Assembly (NCBI GenBank): GCA_943788835.1
Contig: CALSRU010000004.1
Span: 240,300-304,299 of the forward strand
Direction of reading: 5' to 3'
Length of the DNA: 64,000 nt
Origin: an uncultured Pseudomonadales bacterium
Lineage (GTDB): Bacteria > Pseudomonadota > Gammaproteobacteria > Pseudomonadales > UBA7434
Below are positions 30,345 through 41,468 of the stretch, one piece after another (positions within the stretch are counted from its first letter, which is position 1; every line of letters starts with the position of its first letter). The position numbers and the translations under genes were made by a program. Below the pieces are notes generated by a model that was not told the origin of the DNA, made no database searches, and saw nothing but the letters and a program-made list of their open reading frames with translations.

Positions 30345-31949
30345 TCAGTGCCCACCATGTGAACCTTCTCCGTGGCCCTGTTTTATCGACTCACTATGCT
30401 CGTAGTTGGCATGATCTTGGATTAGCTCGTGCTCTATCATATAGTCGGTGGCCGGTGGGAGGATATAATTTACCGCAGCTAGGCCAACCAAAGTCATTGC
30501 TATTGTATAGGGTATGGCTTTGTAAACCATAGTGAGATATCCAAGGCGGATGAGCGGTGCTAGCGACGATGTGAGTAAGAATAGAAACGCTGCTTGACCG
30601 TTCGGTGTGGCAACCGACGGAATGTTAGTTCCGGTGTTGATCGCGACCGCTAACATATCGAATTGCTCACGATTAATGACATTGTTGGTCAAGGCTTGTT
30701 TGAGTTCGGTTATATAAACCGTACCAACAAATACGTTATCGGAAATCGCTGAGAGTAAACCATTGGCAAGGTAAAACATGGGCACCTGTAAGCTCTGCTC
30801 CAGTGCTAAAACCGAACCAATAATGCCTGTAAATAGTCCTTGGCGATCAATTACAGCCACAATCGCAAAAAATACAACGAGCAATGCCGTGAAGGGCAGA
30901 GCCTCTTCAAATGCTTTGCCCAGCGCATGTTCATCGGTTACGCCATTAAAAGCCGTGGTGAGTACGATTACCGTTAAGCCAATAATGCCAACTTCGGCCA
31001 AATGAAGCGCTAATCCAACGACCAGCCAGACCGCTACAATGGCTTGCACAATAAGCGCTGCCTTTTCTCGCTGAGTGCGCCGAGCATCATGAGCGGCGGC
31101 ATCCTCTTGCAAAATAGTTCGAACACTATCGGGGAGCTGCCAGCCGTAGTTAAACCAGCCGGTTTTTTCCAGCAAAACTGCCATGCATAAACCAGTGGCC
31201 AGCACAGGTATCGTTACAGGCGCCATACGCAAGAAAAATTCAATAAATTGCCAGTCCGCCTGAGCAGCAATAACTAAGTTTTGTGGCTCGCCTACTTGCG
31301 TACAAACACCTCCCAGCGCGGTACCAACTCCTGCATGCATCATTAAATCGCGTAAAAAACCTCTAAACTGGTCGAGATCTTTGCGGAAGTGATCGCCAAA
31401 TTTTTCTTCGTCCTCTTCACCGTTGTGCTGCCCCGAAGCCGCTTTGTGGTAGATGCTGTAAAAGCCTACAGCGACACTTATGATGACCGCTATAACCGTC
31501 AATGCGTCGAGAAAGGCCGAGAGAAACGCGGCTACAAAGCAAAAGAGCAGCGATAGACGTGTTTTAGATTTTACGTTGGTAAGTAATTTAGTAAATGTGT
31601 ACAGCAGCAGGTCTTTCATGAAGTAGATACCGGCCACCATAAATACCAGCAGCAATATCACCGGTAGATTCAGTTCAACTTCATGCATTACATCAGATGG
31701 CGAGGCCATCCCTAGCGCAATAGCCTCGATGGCTAATAAACCACCGCTTTGTAGCGGATAACACCGCAGCGCCATGGCTAGAGTAAAGATGAACTCAATA
31801 ATAAGCAGCCAGCCAGTCACGTATGGGCCTACTGTGTAAAGCATGATTGGGTTCAGAATCAAAAACAATATGATGGCGCTTTTATACCAGTCGGGAGCGT
31901 TCCCCAAAAAGTTTTTATAGAACGCCTGACTCGTAGATAGGGTGGTCAT
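30345..31949 (-). CDS. nhaB: Na+/H+ antiporter NhaB
   Basis: Long collinear similarity to E. coli NhaB ([49 protein letters not shown]). The start is set at the ATG preceded by AAGGAA. Confidence 0.9.
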   Translation of the reverse strand: MTTLSTSQAFYKNFLGNAPDWYKSAIILFLILNPIMLYTVGPYVTGWLLIIEFIFTLAMALRCYPLQSGGLLAIEAIALGMASPSDVMHEVELNLPVILLLVFMVAGIYFMKDLLLYTFTKLLTNVKSKTRLSLLFCFVAAFLSAFLDALTVIAVIISVAVGFYSIYHKAASGQHNGEEDEEKFGDHFRKDLDQFRGFLRDLMMHAGVGTALGGVCTQVGEPQNLVIAAQADWQFIEFFLRMAPVTIPVLATGLCMAVLLEKTGWFNYGWQLPDSVRTILQEDAAAHDARRTQREKAALIVQAIVAVWLVVGLALHLAEVGIIGLTVIVLTTAFNGVTDEHALGKAFEEALPFTALLVVFFAIVAVIDRQGLFTGIIGSVLALEQSLQVPMFYLANGLLSAISDNVFVGTVYITELKQALTNNVINREQFDMLAVAINTGTNIPSVATPNGQAAFLFLLTSSLAPLIRLGYLTMVYKAIPYTIAMTLVGLAAVNYILPPATDYMIEHELIQDHANYEHSESIKQGHGEGSHGGH

Positions 31950-32043
31950 TTTCGATTCCTTGGTGTGATTTTTAGCCACTAAATCAGTGGCCTTACGTGG
32001 TAAAGCTAATTACTAAGGTTAGATCATTATTTAGTGGGTGTCA

Positions 32044-32262
32044 TTATAGTCTTCCGTAATCGGCAGACATTGTTTTCGAGTGTTGAATTATTCCTAACAT
32101 GAGGTACGCATTACCGTGCACGCCAACATTGTTACTGTTTGTAAAATAATCACTCGCTGTTTTTTTATCGCTTGGTAAATCTCGAACTGTATAAAGCCAA
32201 TTGATTGTCTCTAAATGTTGGCGCGCATGGTGGGCTTCGATATTCGCCCAATCGTAGGCCAT
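32044..32262 (-). CDS. Hypothetical small protein (doubtful)
   Basis: 72-aa ORF upstream of nhaB. No motif and no clear RBS. Confidence 0.25.
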   Translation of the reverse strand: MAYDWANIEAHHARQHLETINWLYTVRDLPSDKKTASDYFTNSNNVGVHGNAYLMLGIIQHSKTMSADYGRL

Positions 32263-32504
32263 GATCTTTGAATAGGGCCGATAAATGAACTTGAAAGTTT
32301 GAAGTCGTTCACAAAATTAGATTACAAATCTACCACCTATTAGTTAAGCATACGCCGCCACTTTTACTTATCTATAGTTAATCCAGCACGTATCAAATAC
32401 CGTCAAACATGTTTAAAACTCACTTTTATCGCCAGTGCAGCGCCCGATAAAAAATGTTTTGTAAGACTCGTGCAGCCTCTTATTTTTATAGGAATATTTA
32501 CGAT

Positions 32505-34307
32505 ATGGCACAGGCATTAGCTGAAAAAATCGATAGGGCCAAGAGTGATCGCTACATCGATAGCTCGTTGCAGAGCTTGCAAGATGAAATCGCCGAAATA
32601 CAACAGGCTTTAGCCAAGGCGCTGGACAGTAACTGGGATGAGATCGATACGGCTCCGCCTTTCGAGGCTGCGGCAGCCGGGAGAATTGCATCGAAGCTAG
32701 AAGAAATAGCGGGTGCGCTTACGATATTAAACATGGCAGAGCCTGCAAGACTTGTGGTCCATTTGAAGATGGCGGTATTGAAACTGGGTGATAATCCAGC
32801 GTTAGCCAATGTAAAGCAGCGGCAAGCTGTTTTTGAGGCTAGCTATTTTTTGTCGCTTTATATTGATTTTATACGTTCATTACGCGCCAATTCAGGCGAT
32901 GAAATGCCTTTGATTTTGTCACCTTTCTTTTACAAGTTGGCGAGCGCCGGATTGGCACCGTTTGTTGATGAAAGCGAGATAGCCGGTATTGCTACTAATT
33001 TGCGGCTTGCACCAGAGCGGCTCGATTTGTGTGATGAGGCTAATGCGGCGCATGCAAACCCGAGTCCTCCTGATTACAACCCCGAGCATAAAAAGAACTC
33101 GAATCAAAGAGAGGCCATAGCAAATAATCAAGCGACTTATCGACGGCTTCGCAAAATGTACCAAGTAGCACTTATCGGTTTGTTACGCGGCTCTTCATCG
33201 GACGAACAACTGACACTCGTTGACCACGTTGCCAAGCGCTCAGCAGAATTGATAGATGAGCCACTGTTGCAGGCGGCTTGGGCGAGTATTTCGATGCTAG
33301 TGACCCAATTTACAGAAGGTAATCTTGAGCTGACACCGCAGCGCAAGCACTTTTTTGCGCGATTTGATCGCTGGCTTAGAGAAATGTCGAAAGGTGAGTT
33401 TGTTGAATTTCATGAGCCTGAGAATTCAAATGCGATTCGTGAGCTGACTACGCTGCTAATGTTGGCGGGTCATCAGGAGTATGCGCAAAGTAGGTTTCAA
33501 GATTTTTTCAATATCGATGTGGTCAAGTGGACAGATAAGCAGATCGTTGCCCAGCGTAGGTCCGTTGAGAGCGGTTTGCGTGAATCACTAATGGCTATGA
33601 GCGAGTCGATTAGTGAGCTGCTTGACGGGCTCAAGCAACGCCTGAGCGTAATGTCTGAAAGTGAGTTGTGTGAGCAATCTGATGTGAATTACTTGACATC
33701 GACTATGCATGCGATTGCAGCAGTACTTAAATTTTGTAATTTCAATAAACCGGCCTTAGTACTTGAGTCTGCGGCTGAGAACGTAAAGTCGTGGACGGTA
33801 GATATGCCCAGCGAACAGGTCCTTTTGCAGGTCGCTAATTCAATTTTGAGTATTGAAAATGCGTTGTTGTGCTATTCGATGAACAGTGCAGTGGGTCAGA
33901 ATGAAGATGATGCTAGTCTCTCTCTCGAAGACGGTATGATCGCTCAAGCACATCAGAACTTGTTCAAAGAAATGCAAGCCAATATTAGGTTGTCAATACG
34001 AGCCCTAAACAGTTATGTAGAGTCTGAATACGATCGAGAGCATATTTCTAATGTGGGAAGCTCTTTGATCGGAGCCATTGGTGGTTTTCAAATGGTTGGC
34101 TTAATGGACGCTGCAAATCTAGCCGAAAAATGCGCTGCCAGAATTAGTGAGGAATATGATAGCGAGGAGGGCGGGGACACGGCTCGTTTAGAAAAAATTG
34201 CTGATTGCTTGGTATCGATCGAATACGTTTTACATGAACTGGCGGCAGGCGGTAAATTAGACGCCTCTATGCAACAGCTCATTGCCGAAAACATGGGCTC
34301 TCTTTAG
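32505..34307 (+). CDS. Large helical scaffold protein, possibly FimL-like (Hpt-repeat, ChpA N-terminus-like)
   Basis: A roughly 600-aa acidic, alpha-helix-rich ORF. The call rests mainly on position next to nhaB, as for fimL in Pseudomonas aeruginosa. No catalytic motif was seen. Confidence 0.4.
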   Translation: MAQALAEKIDRAKSDRYIDSSLQSLQDEIAEIQQALAKALDSNWDEIDTAPPFEAAAAGRIASKLEEIAGALTILNMAEPARLVVHLKMAVLKLGDNPALANVKQRQAVFEASYFLSLYIDFIRSLRANSGDEMPLILSPFFYKLASAGLAPFVDESEIAGIATNLRLAPERLDLCDEANAAHANPSPPDYNPEHKKNSNQREAIANNQATYRRLRKMYQVALIGLLRGSSSDEQLTLVDHVAKRSAELIDEPLLQAAWASISMLVTQFTEGNLELTPQRKHFFARFDRWLREMSKGEFVEFHEPENSNAIRELTTLLMLAGHQEYAQSRFQDFFNIDVVKWTDKQIVAQRRSVESGLRESLMAMSESISELLDGLKQRLSVMSESELCEQSDVNYLTSTMHAIAAVLKFCNFNKPALVLESAAENVKSWTVDMPSEQVLLQVANSILSIENALLCYSMNSAVGQNEDDASLSLEDGMIAQAHQNLFKEMQANIRLSIRALNSYVESEYDREHISNVGSSLIGAIGGFQMVGLMDAANLAEKCAARISEEYDSEEGGDTARLEKIADCLVSIEYVLHELAAGGKLDASMQQLIAENMGSL

Positions 34308-34626
34308 GTTTGTGATTCGGCTTATACGATGGGGCTAAACTTGCCAAGCCATCGACTAGTATGAAGGTCTATGCGGGCCGCTGGAATGCCCCAATTAAGC
34401 GACTGCGTTGAGTAGAATCGATTTTATTGACTACGTTAATCCTGATTAAATCCAGTTTAAGCCACTGGTATTGGGGTGCTTTTGCCGATATCAGCCATTA
34501 ATCGCATAATTAGTCCGTAAGGCTCAAGTCTCGGCATAGACTTCCCCACCTAATCCTTGTTTAATTCGCTCCGTAAGTTTGCCCTAATGGCGTCCTGAAT
34601 GTTTACTCACAGAGGTTGCATCAACA

Positions 34627-35736
34627 GTGTTAATTGAACTTTTGACTGAATATGGTTTGTTTTTTGCGAAGGCGGCTACTTTTGTGGTTGCTGCCTTCTT
34701 AATAGTGGGTGCCGTGGCGGCAGCAAGTCAGCGCCCAGGGCATGACAAAGGCGGCGAGCTTCATGTAAAAAAACTCAATGACCACTATGAAGATATGGAG
34801 GTTGCTATTCGATCTGCAGTGATGGATGCGGCCGGTTTGAAAGAGTATGACAAGTCGAAGCGCGCTGATGAAAAGCAAAAAGCTAAAGATCAAAAGAAGG
34901 CAGCCAAACTTAAGTATGCCAAAGAAAAGCAAGCTAAAAAGAAACAGGACAAGGCAATAGATGAGCCTGCTGAAGAAAAGACGGTTTACGTGCTTGATTT
35001 TGATGGCGATATGAAAGCGTCGGAGGTTGATGGCTTTCGCGAGGAAATTACAGCGGTATTAACTATTGCTAAAAAACATGATGAAGTTGTACTTAAGCTA
35101 GAAAGTCCCGGCGGCATGGTGCATGCCTATGGCTTGGCAGCCTCTCAATTAGCGCGATTTAAAAGCGCTGGTGTGCCATTGACTATTTGTGTAGATAAGG
35201 TGGCTGCCAGCGGTGGTTATATGATGGCTTGTATTGCCGATAAAATACTGGCGGCACCTTTCGCTGTGATTGGTTCCATCGGTGTGGTGGCGAGCATTCC
35301 CAATTTTAATAAAATTTTGAAAAAGAATGACGTTGATTATGAACTGCTGACCGCAGGAGAACACAAGCGAACCTTAACGATGTTAGGTGAAAATACCGAT
35401 GAGGGGCGTAAAAAGTTTGTTAGCGATCTTGAAGAGACACATACATTATTTAAAGACTTTGTGACTGATTATCGCCCTCAGTTAGATATTGCAGCGGTTG
35501 CCACTGGAGAGACTTGGTATGGTCAGCAGGCACTTGCGAAATTATTAATTGATGAGATTAGTACGAGTGATGAATATATAACCTCATTGGCTAAAACGTC
35601 TCCCGTTTATGAGGTCAGTTACGTTGAGAAAAAGCATTGGCAAGAAAAGCTAGGTATGTCGGTACAGGCGGCTCTGACCGGTAGTTTTGACAAGTTGCTC
35701 TCCTCTGTCAGTAATGTATGGAATACACGGCATTAG
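34627..35736 (+). CDS. sohB: S49-family inner-membrane peptidase SohB
   Basis: N-terminal TM segment, lysine-rich linker and an S49 core (VDKVAASGGYMMAC). Located near topA, as in enterobacteria. Confidence 0.85.
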   Translation: MLIELLTEYGLFFAKAATFVVAAFLIVGAVAAASQRPGHDKGGELHVKKLNDHYEDMEVAIRSAVMDAAGLKEYDKSKRADEKQKAKDQKKAAKLKYAKEKQAKKKQDKAIDEPAEEKTVYVLDFDGDMKASEVDGFREEITAVLTIAKKHDEVVLKLESPGGMVHAYGLAASQLARFKSAGVPLTICVDKVAASGGYMMACIADKILAAPFAVIGSIGVVASIPNFNKILKKNDVDYELLTAGEHKRTLTMLGENTDEGRKKFVSDLEETHTLFKDFVTDYRPQLDIAAVATGETWYGQQALAKLLIDEISTSDEYITSLAKTSPVYEVSYVEKKHWQEKLGMSVQAALTGSFDKLLSSVSNVWNTRH

Positions 35737-35821
35737 ATGTTAATGAGTCCATTATTAAAATTTTTATTCCTATGGTGCAGCACTTAACAACGATATTTTC
35801 GGATAAAGGTTGAATGGTTCG

Positions 35822-36064
35822 ATGTTCAAGCTAACTTTATACGGCAAAGCGGACTGTGAACTGTGTGATCAGGCTGAGGCGATGGTTCGATCAATGACCC
35901 AGAGAAACTGGCAACTCGTTAAGACTGACATTACCAGTGAGGCGAAACTGTTGGAGCAATATGGCTGGAGTATCCCTGTGTTGCAGCGCGCTGATACGGG
36001 TGAAGAATTAAAATGGCCCTTTCCGCCAAGTCGTTTGCGTGCATTTTTGAGTATCGCGCATTAA
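35822..36064 (+). CDS. Glutaredoxin-like small redox protein (thioredoxin fold)
   Basis: About 80 aa with a CELC redox motif after LTLYGKAD, and a later cis-Pro context (SIPVL). Confidence 0.6.
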   Translation: MFKLTLYGKADCELCDQAEAMVRSMTQRNWQLVKTDITSEAKLLEQYGWSIPVLQRADTGEELKWPFPPSRLRAFLSIAH

Positions 36065-36109
36065 AAGCACGGCTATAGGCTTAATCACCAAGACAAGCAC
36101 CACGTCCTT

Positions 36110-36899
36110 TTACAGATTGAAAAAGTCTACCGCGGTATCTCGGGTTTTTTTATGCACCACTTCAATATCGAGTTCCAGCGAGTCGGCTAAAGCCTGGGCT
36201 GTATAGTTCAGAGTCCAAGGTTCATTGCGATTTTTATGTGTCATTTTGTTTTTAAGCTGGTCGCGGTGAGGCATCAAATAGGGCGCATCAGTCTCAATCA
36301 TCAAGCGGTCAATTGGCGCGTAGCGAATAATCTCCCGCAATCGCACTCCTCGCTTTTTATCGCAAATCCATCCTGTGATACCAATATACAAACCCAGATC
36401 GAGGTAGGCTTTAAGTGCATCGAGGCTTCCTGTGAAGCAGTGCACGATGGCGCGAGTACATAGTTCTGGATGCTGACGCATGATGGGGTGAAAGATGTCG
36501 AAAGCATCGCGCTCATGCAAAAAAAACCGGTTTATGAGTTTGCTTGGCAAAGGCCAAGTGAGCTTCAAATGAATGTATCTGATTTTCCTGGCTGGAAAAA
36601 TTGCGATTGAAATCCAGACCTGTCTCACCTACAGCTACTACGGCATCCTCTTGGATGAGCGCCTTAAATGTAGCGAGAGTCTCTTCATTAAAGTCGTCAG
36701 CCGCATGCGGGTGAAGCCCAGCTGTTGCATACAAAAAGTTCGGATGCTGTTGGGCTAGCTCCAGAGCCGCTTGACTACTGGTGACGCTCGATCCCGTAAC
36801 GATGATTTTTTCGACGTGGTTTTTTTTTGCACGCTCAAGTACTTCGTTAATATCACTAGCGAACGATTCGTTGGTTAAATTGGCGCCGATGTCGATCAT
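36110..36899 (-). pseudogene. tatD: TatD-family Mg-dependent DNase/hydrolase, split by a +1 frameshift in an A8/T8 run
   Basis: ORFs 36513..36899 and 36110..36628 together are collinear with E. coli TatD (MIDIGANLT, GLDFNRNFS, then HCFTG, GITGW, ETDAPYL). Frame 1 ends KPVFFA*. Deleting one base of the run at 36519..36526 gives KPVFLHERDAF, which matches TatD PVFMHCRDAH. Confidence 0.8.
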
Positions 36900-37550
36900 T
36901 GTTTGGGTGTTTCCAGTAGAGTTGCGTGTTTGGCAAGGTGCAGCCGTTTTTTATCCTAACTAATCGGCCCGGTGTTTTTAAGGGTGGCTCTTTTGTGTGT
37001 TGCGTAAGCCAGGCAGATTACTGACTCGATAAGCTAACGTAGTGAGGCGTTTTTTAAAGTTGCTTAAATTTAACCATGTTGTTGCAGCGCTTCCAAGGGC
37101 GGGCCTCCAGGTCGCCCGCGTTCGGGGCCATCTTGTCATGTTTTCATTGCTTTGGGCGTCTAAGTCATAAAGCGGCAATTATTGTTTTGGTATAGGCTTT
37201 GATCGCGAGATCCGCATTTGATTCGGGTTTGTTAAATAGATTAGCCGAGCTTTTTAGATCCTGGCCGTCGGGGTAGAGTGCGCTAGTCAAGGTGCTGCAT
37301 GCTAATAACTAGGGCAATCCTTTAATGCTTTGCTCCGCGACAAGTAGCGTGTTGCTCAAAGACTTAGAATTAGACCCGATGCGGCTCTGTGGTCGGTAAT
37401 ATTTCAAATCGCTACTTGACCGGAGGGCCATCCTTCCTATTATATGTCGCCCCTCGAGCTGGATTTTCAAATTTTGCTAGGTTTAGGCGGTCCGAAAGCT
37501 CAAATATTGCCCATAGCGGTTGATATTTGATCTCTTGACTGGTTTCACTG

Positions 37551-37647
37551 TGCTGAGCCGTTGTTCTGAACTATTCGTGCTGAAGTATTCATGCTGAAGT
37601 AAGCACGCTGAGCTATTTGTGCCGAGCTATTGATGCTGAACTATAGT
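37551..37647. repeat. Seven degenerate tandem copies of a 14-bp unit (consensus about TGCTGAAGTATTCA)
   Basis: The CTGA/CCGA core recurs at 37553, 37566, 37580, 37594, 37608, 37622 and 37636, a period of 14 with one 13. The repeat lies 36-130 nt upstream of the topA ATG. Confidence 0.7.
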
Positions 37648-37682
37648 AAAGCGGCATCGTAATCAATTGTTGAGTTGTGTTT

Positions 37683-40451
37683 ATGGGAAGGTCATTGGTA
37701 ATCGTGGAGTCGCCGGCCAAGGCGAAGACGATCAATAAGTATTTGGGCAACGACTTTATCGTAAAGTCGAGTGTGGGGCATGTCCGCGATCTCCCTACCT
37801 CTGGCAGCGGTAAGCCGGTTGATACGAAGGCGCGAGCACTCGAAGCGGCGAAAACGCGCAAGATGTCTCCTGACCAAAAAATTCTTCACAAACGCAAGAA
37901 AGCTCGTAGTCAGCTAGTCATGCGCATGGGCATTGACCCTGACAAAGGCTGGAAGCCCAACTACCAAGTTCTACCCGGCAAGGAAAAAGTGGTTGATGAG
38001 TTGCGTCGTTTGGCGGCTGGCGCTGAGACTATCGTGCTGGCAACGGATCTTGATCGCGAAGGGGAGGCTATTGCATGGCACCTGCGAGAGATTATTGGCG
38101 GTGATGATAGTCGCTTTCAGCGAGTGGTGTTTAACGAGATCACCAAAAAAGCGATTCAAAAGGCGTTTGAAAAACCTGGCAAGCTTGACATGGATCGGGT
38201 GTATGCTCAGCAAACAAGGCGATTTTTGGATCGCGTGGTGGGATTTATGTTGTCGCCACTGCTATGGGCAAAAGTAGCTCGCGGTCTTTCTGCCGGTCGG
38301 GTCCAGTCGGTGGCCACTAAGTTGATCGTCGAGCGTGAACGTGAAATTCGCGCTTTTATACCGGAAGAGTATTGGGACGTTTATGCGGACCTTGGCGGCA
38401 GCGCAGGAGGCTTGCGTATGCAGGTCACGCGAGGTCATGGTGAAAAATTTCGCCCAACGAGTAAAGTTGAGAGTGATGCCGCATTAGCGGCGCTGAGTGC
38501 GGCGAGTTACAGCATTAGTAAGCGTGAAGACAAGCCCACATCGAGCAAACCTTCAGCGCCTTTTATTACCTCGACGCTACAACAAGCTGCGAGCACACGC
38601 GTGAGCTTTAGCGTCAAAAAAACCATGATGTTGGCTCAGCGTCTATACGAAGCAGGTTACATAACCTACATGCGTACTGATTCAACTAATCTGAGTGCTG
38701 ATGCGGTAGCCGCTTGTCGCGGTTATATCGAGGGGCATTTCGGTGCAGAATACTTACCTGAAAAGCCTCGCAATTATTCCAGTAAAGAGGGCGCTCAGGA
38801 GGCTCATGAGGCTATTCGCCCGTCCAATGTTGATATGATGCCGTCTGATTTAAATGGCATAGATCCTGATGGCGTGCGCTTATACGAGCTTATATGGCGT
38901 CAGTTTGTTGCCTGCCAGATGGTCAATGCACAGTTTACGAGCACGAGCCTCACAGCAACTGCAGCGGACTATGAATTGCGTACTCGAGGCCGAGTTATTC
39001 GCTTTGATGGTTTTACTCGCGTGCAGCCGCCCATGTCCAAAAAAGAAGAAGATCGCTTGCTGCCCAACTTTGCGCAAGGGGATTCGCTGGATCTTATTAA
39101 ACTCGATCCGAGCCAGCATTTTACCAAACCGACGGCTCGTTATTCTGAGGCCAGTTTGGTTAAAGAGTTAGAGAAACGTGGTATTGGTCGACCTTCAACA
39201 TACGCAGCAATTATATCTACGATACAAGACCGTGGTTATGTGCGCATTGAAAATCGTCGTATGTATGCTGAAAAAATGGGTGATATCGTGGTCGAGCGAT
39301 TGAACGAAAGTTTTGAAAATTTAATGGATTATAGTTTTACCGCTAACATGGAAGAAACGTTAGATGAGATTGCCGACGGTAGTAGGAAGTGGCAAAACGT
39401 CCTTGACGATTTTTATACAGACTTTAGTGGTAAGCTGGCAGTGGCGCAGCTTGACGCTGCTGAAGGGGGGCTGCGACTAAACGACCCCACAACGACTGAT
39501 GTGCCCTGCAAGGCATGTGGGCGGCCTATGCAGATTCGTACAGCCAGTACCGGAGTTTTCTTAGGCTGCTCAGGCTACGGTTTACCGCCAAAGGAACGCT
39601 GTAAAGAAACAGTTAATTTGGTGTCGGGTGATGAAGTTGTCAGTGCCGATGCCGACGACGAGGCTGAATCACGCTTGTTGATACACAAGCGGCGCTGTCA
39701 AAAATGTCAAACGGCTATGGATAGTTATTTAGTCGATGAGCAGCGCAAGTTACATGTATGCGGCAATAACCCCGATTGCGATGGTTACGAGGTTGAGCAG
39801 GGCCAGTTCAAAATTAAGGGCTACGATGGACCTAAACTCGATTGCGATAAATGCGGTGCTGAGATGCAACTTAAGTCAGGTCGCTTTGGAAAATATTTTG
39901 GCTGCATGGCGGATGATTGTAAAAATACGCGCAAATTACTGCGAAGTGGGGAGGCGGCACCGCCCAAAATGGATCCAGTGCCTATGCCGGAGTTGCAATG
40001 CCTGAAGGTGGATGACACGTATGTCTTGCGCGACGGCGCTGCAGGTATTTTTTTAGCAGCGAGCCAGTTCCCGAAGAACCGAGAAACTCGCGCTCCGTTT
40101 GTTGATGAGGTTTTGCCGCACAAAACAGAAATTGATCCCAAGTATCACTTCTTGTTAGAGGGCCCTGTGACCGATAGCGATGGTGAGCGTGTGCAAATTC
40201 GTTACATGCGTAAAACCAAGCAACAATATTTAATGACTGAAAATGATGGGAAGGCAAGCGGTTGGCGAGCCGATTTTGAAAATGGTCAATGGGTGATAAC
40301 GGAGAAATCGTCTAAAGCTGCAGCTAAGAAAAAAACGCCTAAAAAGAAGGTCACTAAAAAGAAGGCCCCTAAAAAGAAAGCTGCGAAAAAGAAAGCAGTT
40401 AAGAAAAAAGTGCCTGCGAAAAAAATTAGTGTTAAAAAGCCAGCGGAGTGA
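37683..40451 (+). CDS. topA: DNA topoisomerase I
   Basis: Toprim N-terminus [14 protein letters not shown], active-site Tyr region YITYMRTDS, three C-terminal CxxC zinc ribbons and a lysine-rich tail. Confidence 0.95.
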   Translation: MGRSLVIVESPAKAKTINKYLGNDFIVKSSVGHVRDLPTSGSGKPVDTKARALEAAKTRKMSPDQKILHKRKKARSQLVMRMGIDPDKGWKPNYQVLPGKEKVVDELRRLAAGAETIVLATDLDREGEAIAWHLREIIGGDDSRFQRVVFNEITKKAIQKAFEKPGKLDMDRVYAQQTRRFLDRVVGFMLSPLLWAKVARGLSAGRVQSVATKLIVEREREIRAFIPEEYWDVYADLGGSAGGLRMQVTRGHGEKFRPTSKVESDAALAALSAASYSISKREDKPTSSKPSAPFITSTLQQAASTRVSFSVKKTMMLAQRLYEAGYITYMRTDSTNLSADAVAACRGYIEGHFGAEYLPEKPRNYSSKEGAQEAHEAIRPSNVDMMPSDLNGIDPDGVRLYELIWRQFVACQMVNAQFTSTSLTATAADYELRTRGRVIRFDGFTRVQPPMSKKEEDRLLPNFAQGDSLDLIKLDPSQHFTKPTARYSEASLVKELEKRGIGRPSTYAAIISTIQDRGYVRIENRRMYAEKMGDIVVERLNESFENLMDYSFTANMEETLDEIADGSRKWQNVLDDFYTDFSGKLAVAQLDAAEGGLRLNDPTTTDVPCKACGRPMQIRTASTGVFLGCSGYGLPPKERCKETVNLVSGDEVVSADADDEAESRLLIHKRRCQKCQTAMDSYLVDEQRKLHVCGNNPDCDGYEVEQGQFKIKGYDGPKLDCDKCGAEMQLKSGRFGKYFGCMADDCKNTRKLLRSGEAAPPKMDPVPMPELQCLKVDDTYVLRDGAAGIFLAASQFPKNRETRAPFVDEVLPHKTEIDPKYHFLLEGPVTDSDGERVQIRYMRKTKQQYLMTENDGKASGWRADFENGQWVITEKSSKAAAKKKTPKKKVTKKKAPKKKAAKKKAVKKKVPAKKISVKKPAE

Positions 40452-40496
40452 TGGGGTGCCTGCCCTCTATTTTTTACAGTCAGAGGAGATCATGCA

Positions 40497-41000
40497 TTGA
40501 GCCGCGAGAGTAGTTATTCTGGGTCTATCAATCAGGCTCTATATTTTGCGCGCTTGTTGGCCGAGCAGGGTCAATTGTTAGAGCAGGCTAATGGCGGTGG
40601 GCAATTCCACGGTCAGCAGTTGCAATGCTACTGTGAGGCCTCGCTAGACGCTCTCCATCGAGCACTATTCTTTTTAGTACAAGCTACCATCCCTAAAGAT
40701 GACGCTGCCGATAGCGGCAGTGCAATTGCTTCTGGCGGCCTCGAAGGGATGCTCGATAGGGCATTACAGAGCCAGCCTTCTCAGGTCTTGCAAGAATTAG
40801 CCGGCGCACTTCGTCAGGCAACACCTATCTCGGCAATGCTTCAGACCTACCGGCGCCTCTGGCAAACCAAGGCTCGGAGGGTGAAAACCGATGAAATTAG
40901 CATGGCCGAAATCCATCTTTCTCCCTCAGATTGCTTGCTATGGCAGCAAGAGATTACAAAGCTGCATGCGCGCATCCGAGAGCACGGTGTAGAGTATTAA
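40497..41000 (+). CDS. Conserved hypothetical protein
   Basis: 167-aa ORF with an apparent TTG start, filling the topA-lexA interval. No recognisable motif. Confidence 0.5.
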   Translation: MSRESSYSGSINQALYFARLLAEQGQLLEQANGGGQFHGQQLQCYCEASLDALHRALFFLVQATIPKDDAADSGSAIASGGLEGMLDRALQSQPSQVLQELAGALRQATPISAMLQTYRRLWQTKARRVKTDEISMAEIHLSPSDCLLWQQEITKLHARIREHGVEY

Positions 41001-41136
41001 TAGCCAAACCGAGCGTCAAATCTTGCGAGTAAACTAAGGCAAAATAGCGCTAGGATGGGCGGCTTTTTCAGAGGAGACGGGCTGCAATTCAACGCGGTCG
41101 ATGGTATACTTCCCTCACACAACAGGGGGTTTTATC

Positions 41137-41415
41137 GTGTCATCATTTCTTGAAATAGTTGAATTAGTCAACGGAGATATTGTCTTGCAGCGCGCCGATG
41201 GTGAAGGCGACGCACTCATGACAATTCATTTTTCGGATGAATCTAAAAACTATTTGCCAGAGGGCAGGCTTGAAGTTGCCCGAGCGATGATTCATGCCGG
41301 CATTGAAACGGCGTCCCAGCTAGAAATCGTGCGCTCCGAATCAGGTGAAAAAAATGACGGGCATGAGTCGGATGCGCGATTGACTGACGACGCTGAGTCG
41401 AGGGTCTTGCACTAG
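41137..41415 (+). CDS. Hypothetical small acidic protein
   Basis: A GTG start is preceded by GGGGG 7 nt upstream (the longest ORF starts at 41101). No motif. Confidence 0.4.
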   Translation: MSSFLEIVELVNGDIVLQRADGEGDALMTIHFSDESKNYLPEGRLEVARAMIHAGIETASQLEIVRSESGEKNDGHESDARLTDDAESRVLH

Positions 41416-41468
41416 ATTTTCGAGCACTATGTTTGTATCTGCGTTAAAAAAGGGTCTGCATCTTGGTT

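Noticed and set aside
36964-37550. A long intergenic region (about 700 nt) between tatD and topA containing a 66-aa minus-strand ORF (36978..37178). Considered as an sRNA or small gene.
   Set aside because: I could not identify a convincing promoter/terminator pair, a conserved RNA structure or a protein motif by eye. It cannot be supported without comparative or RNA-seq data.
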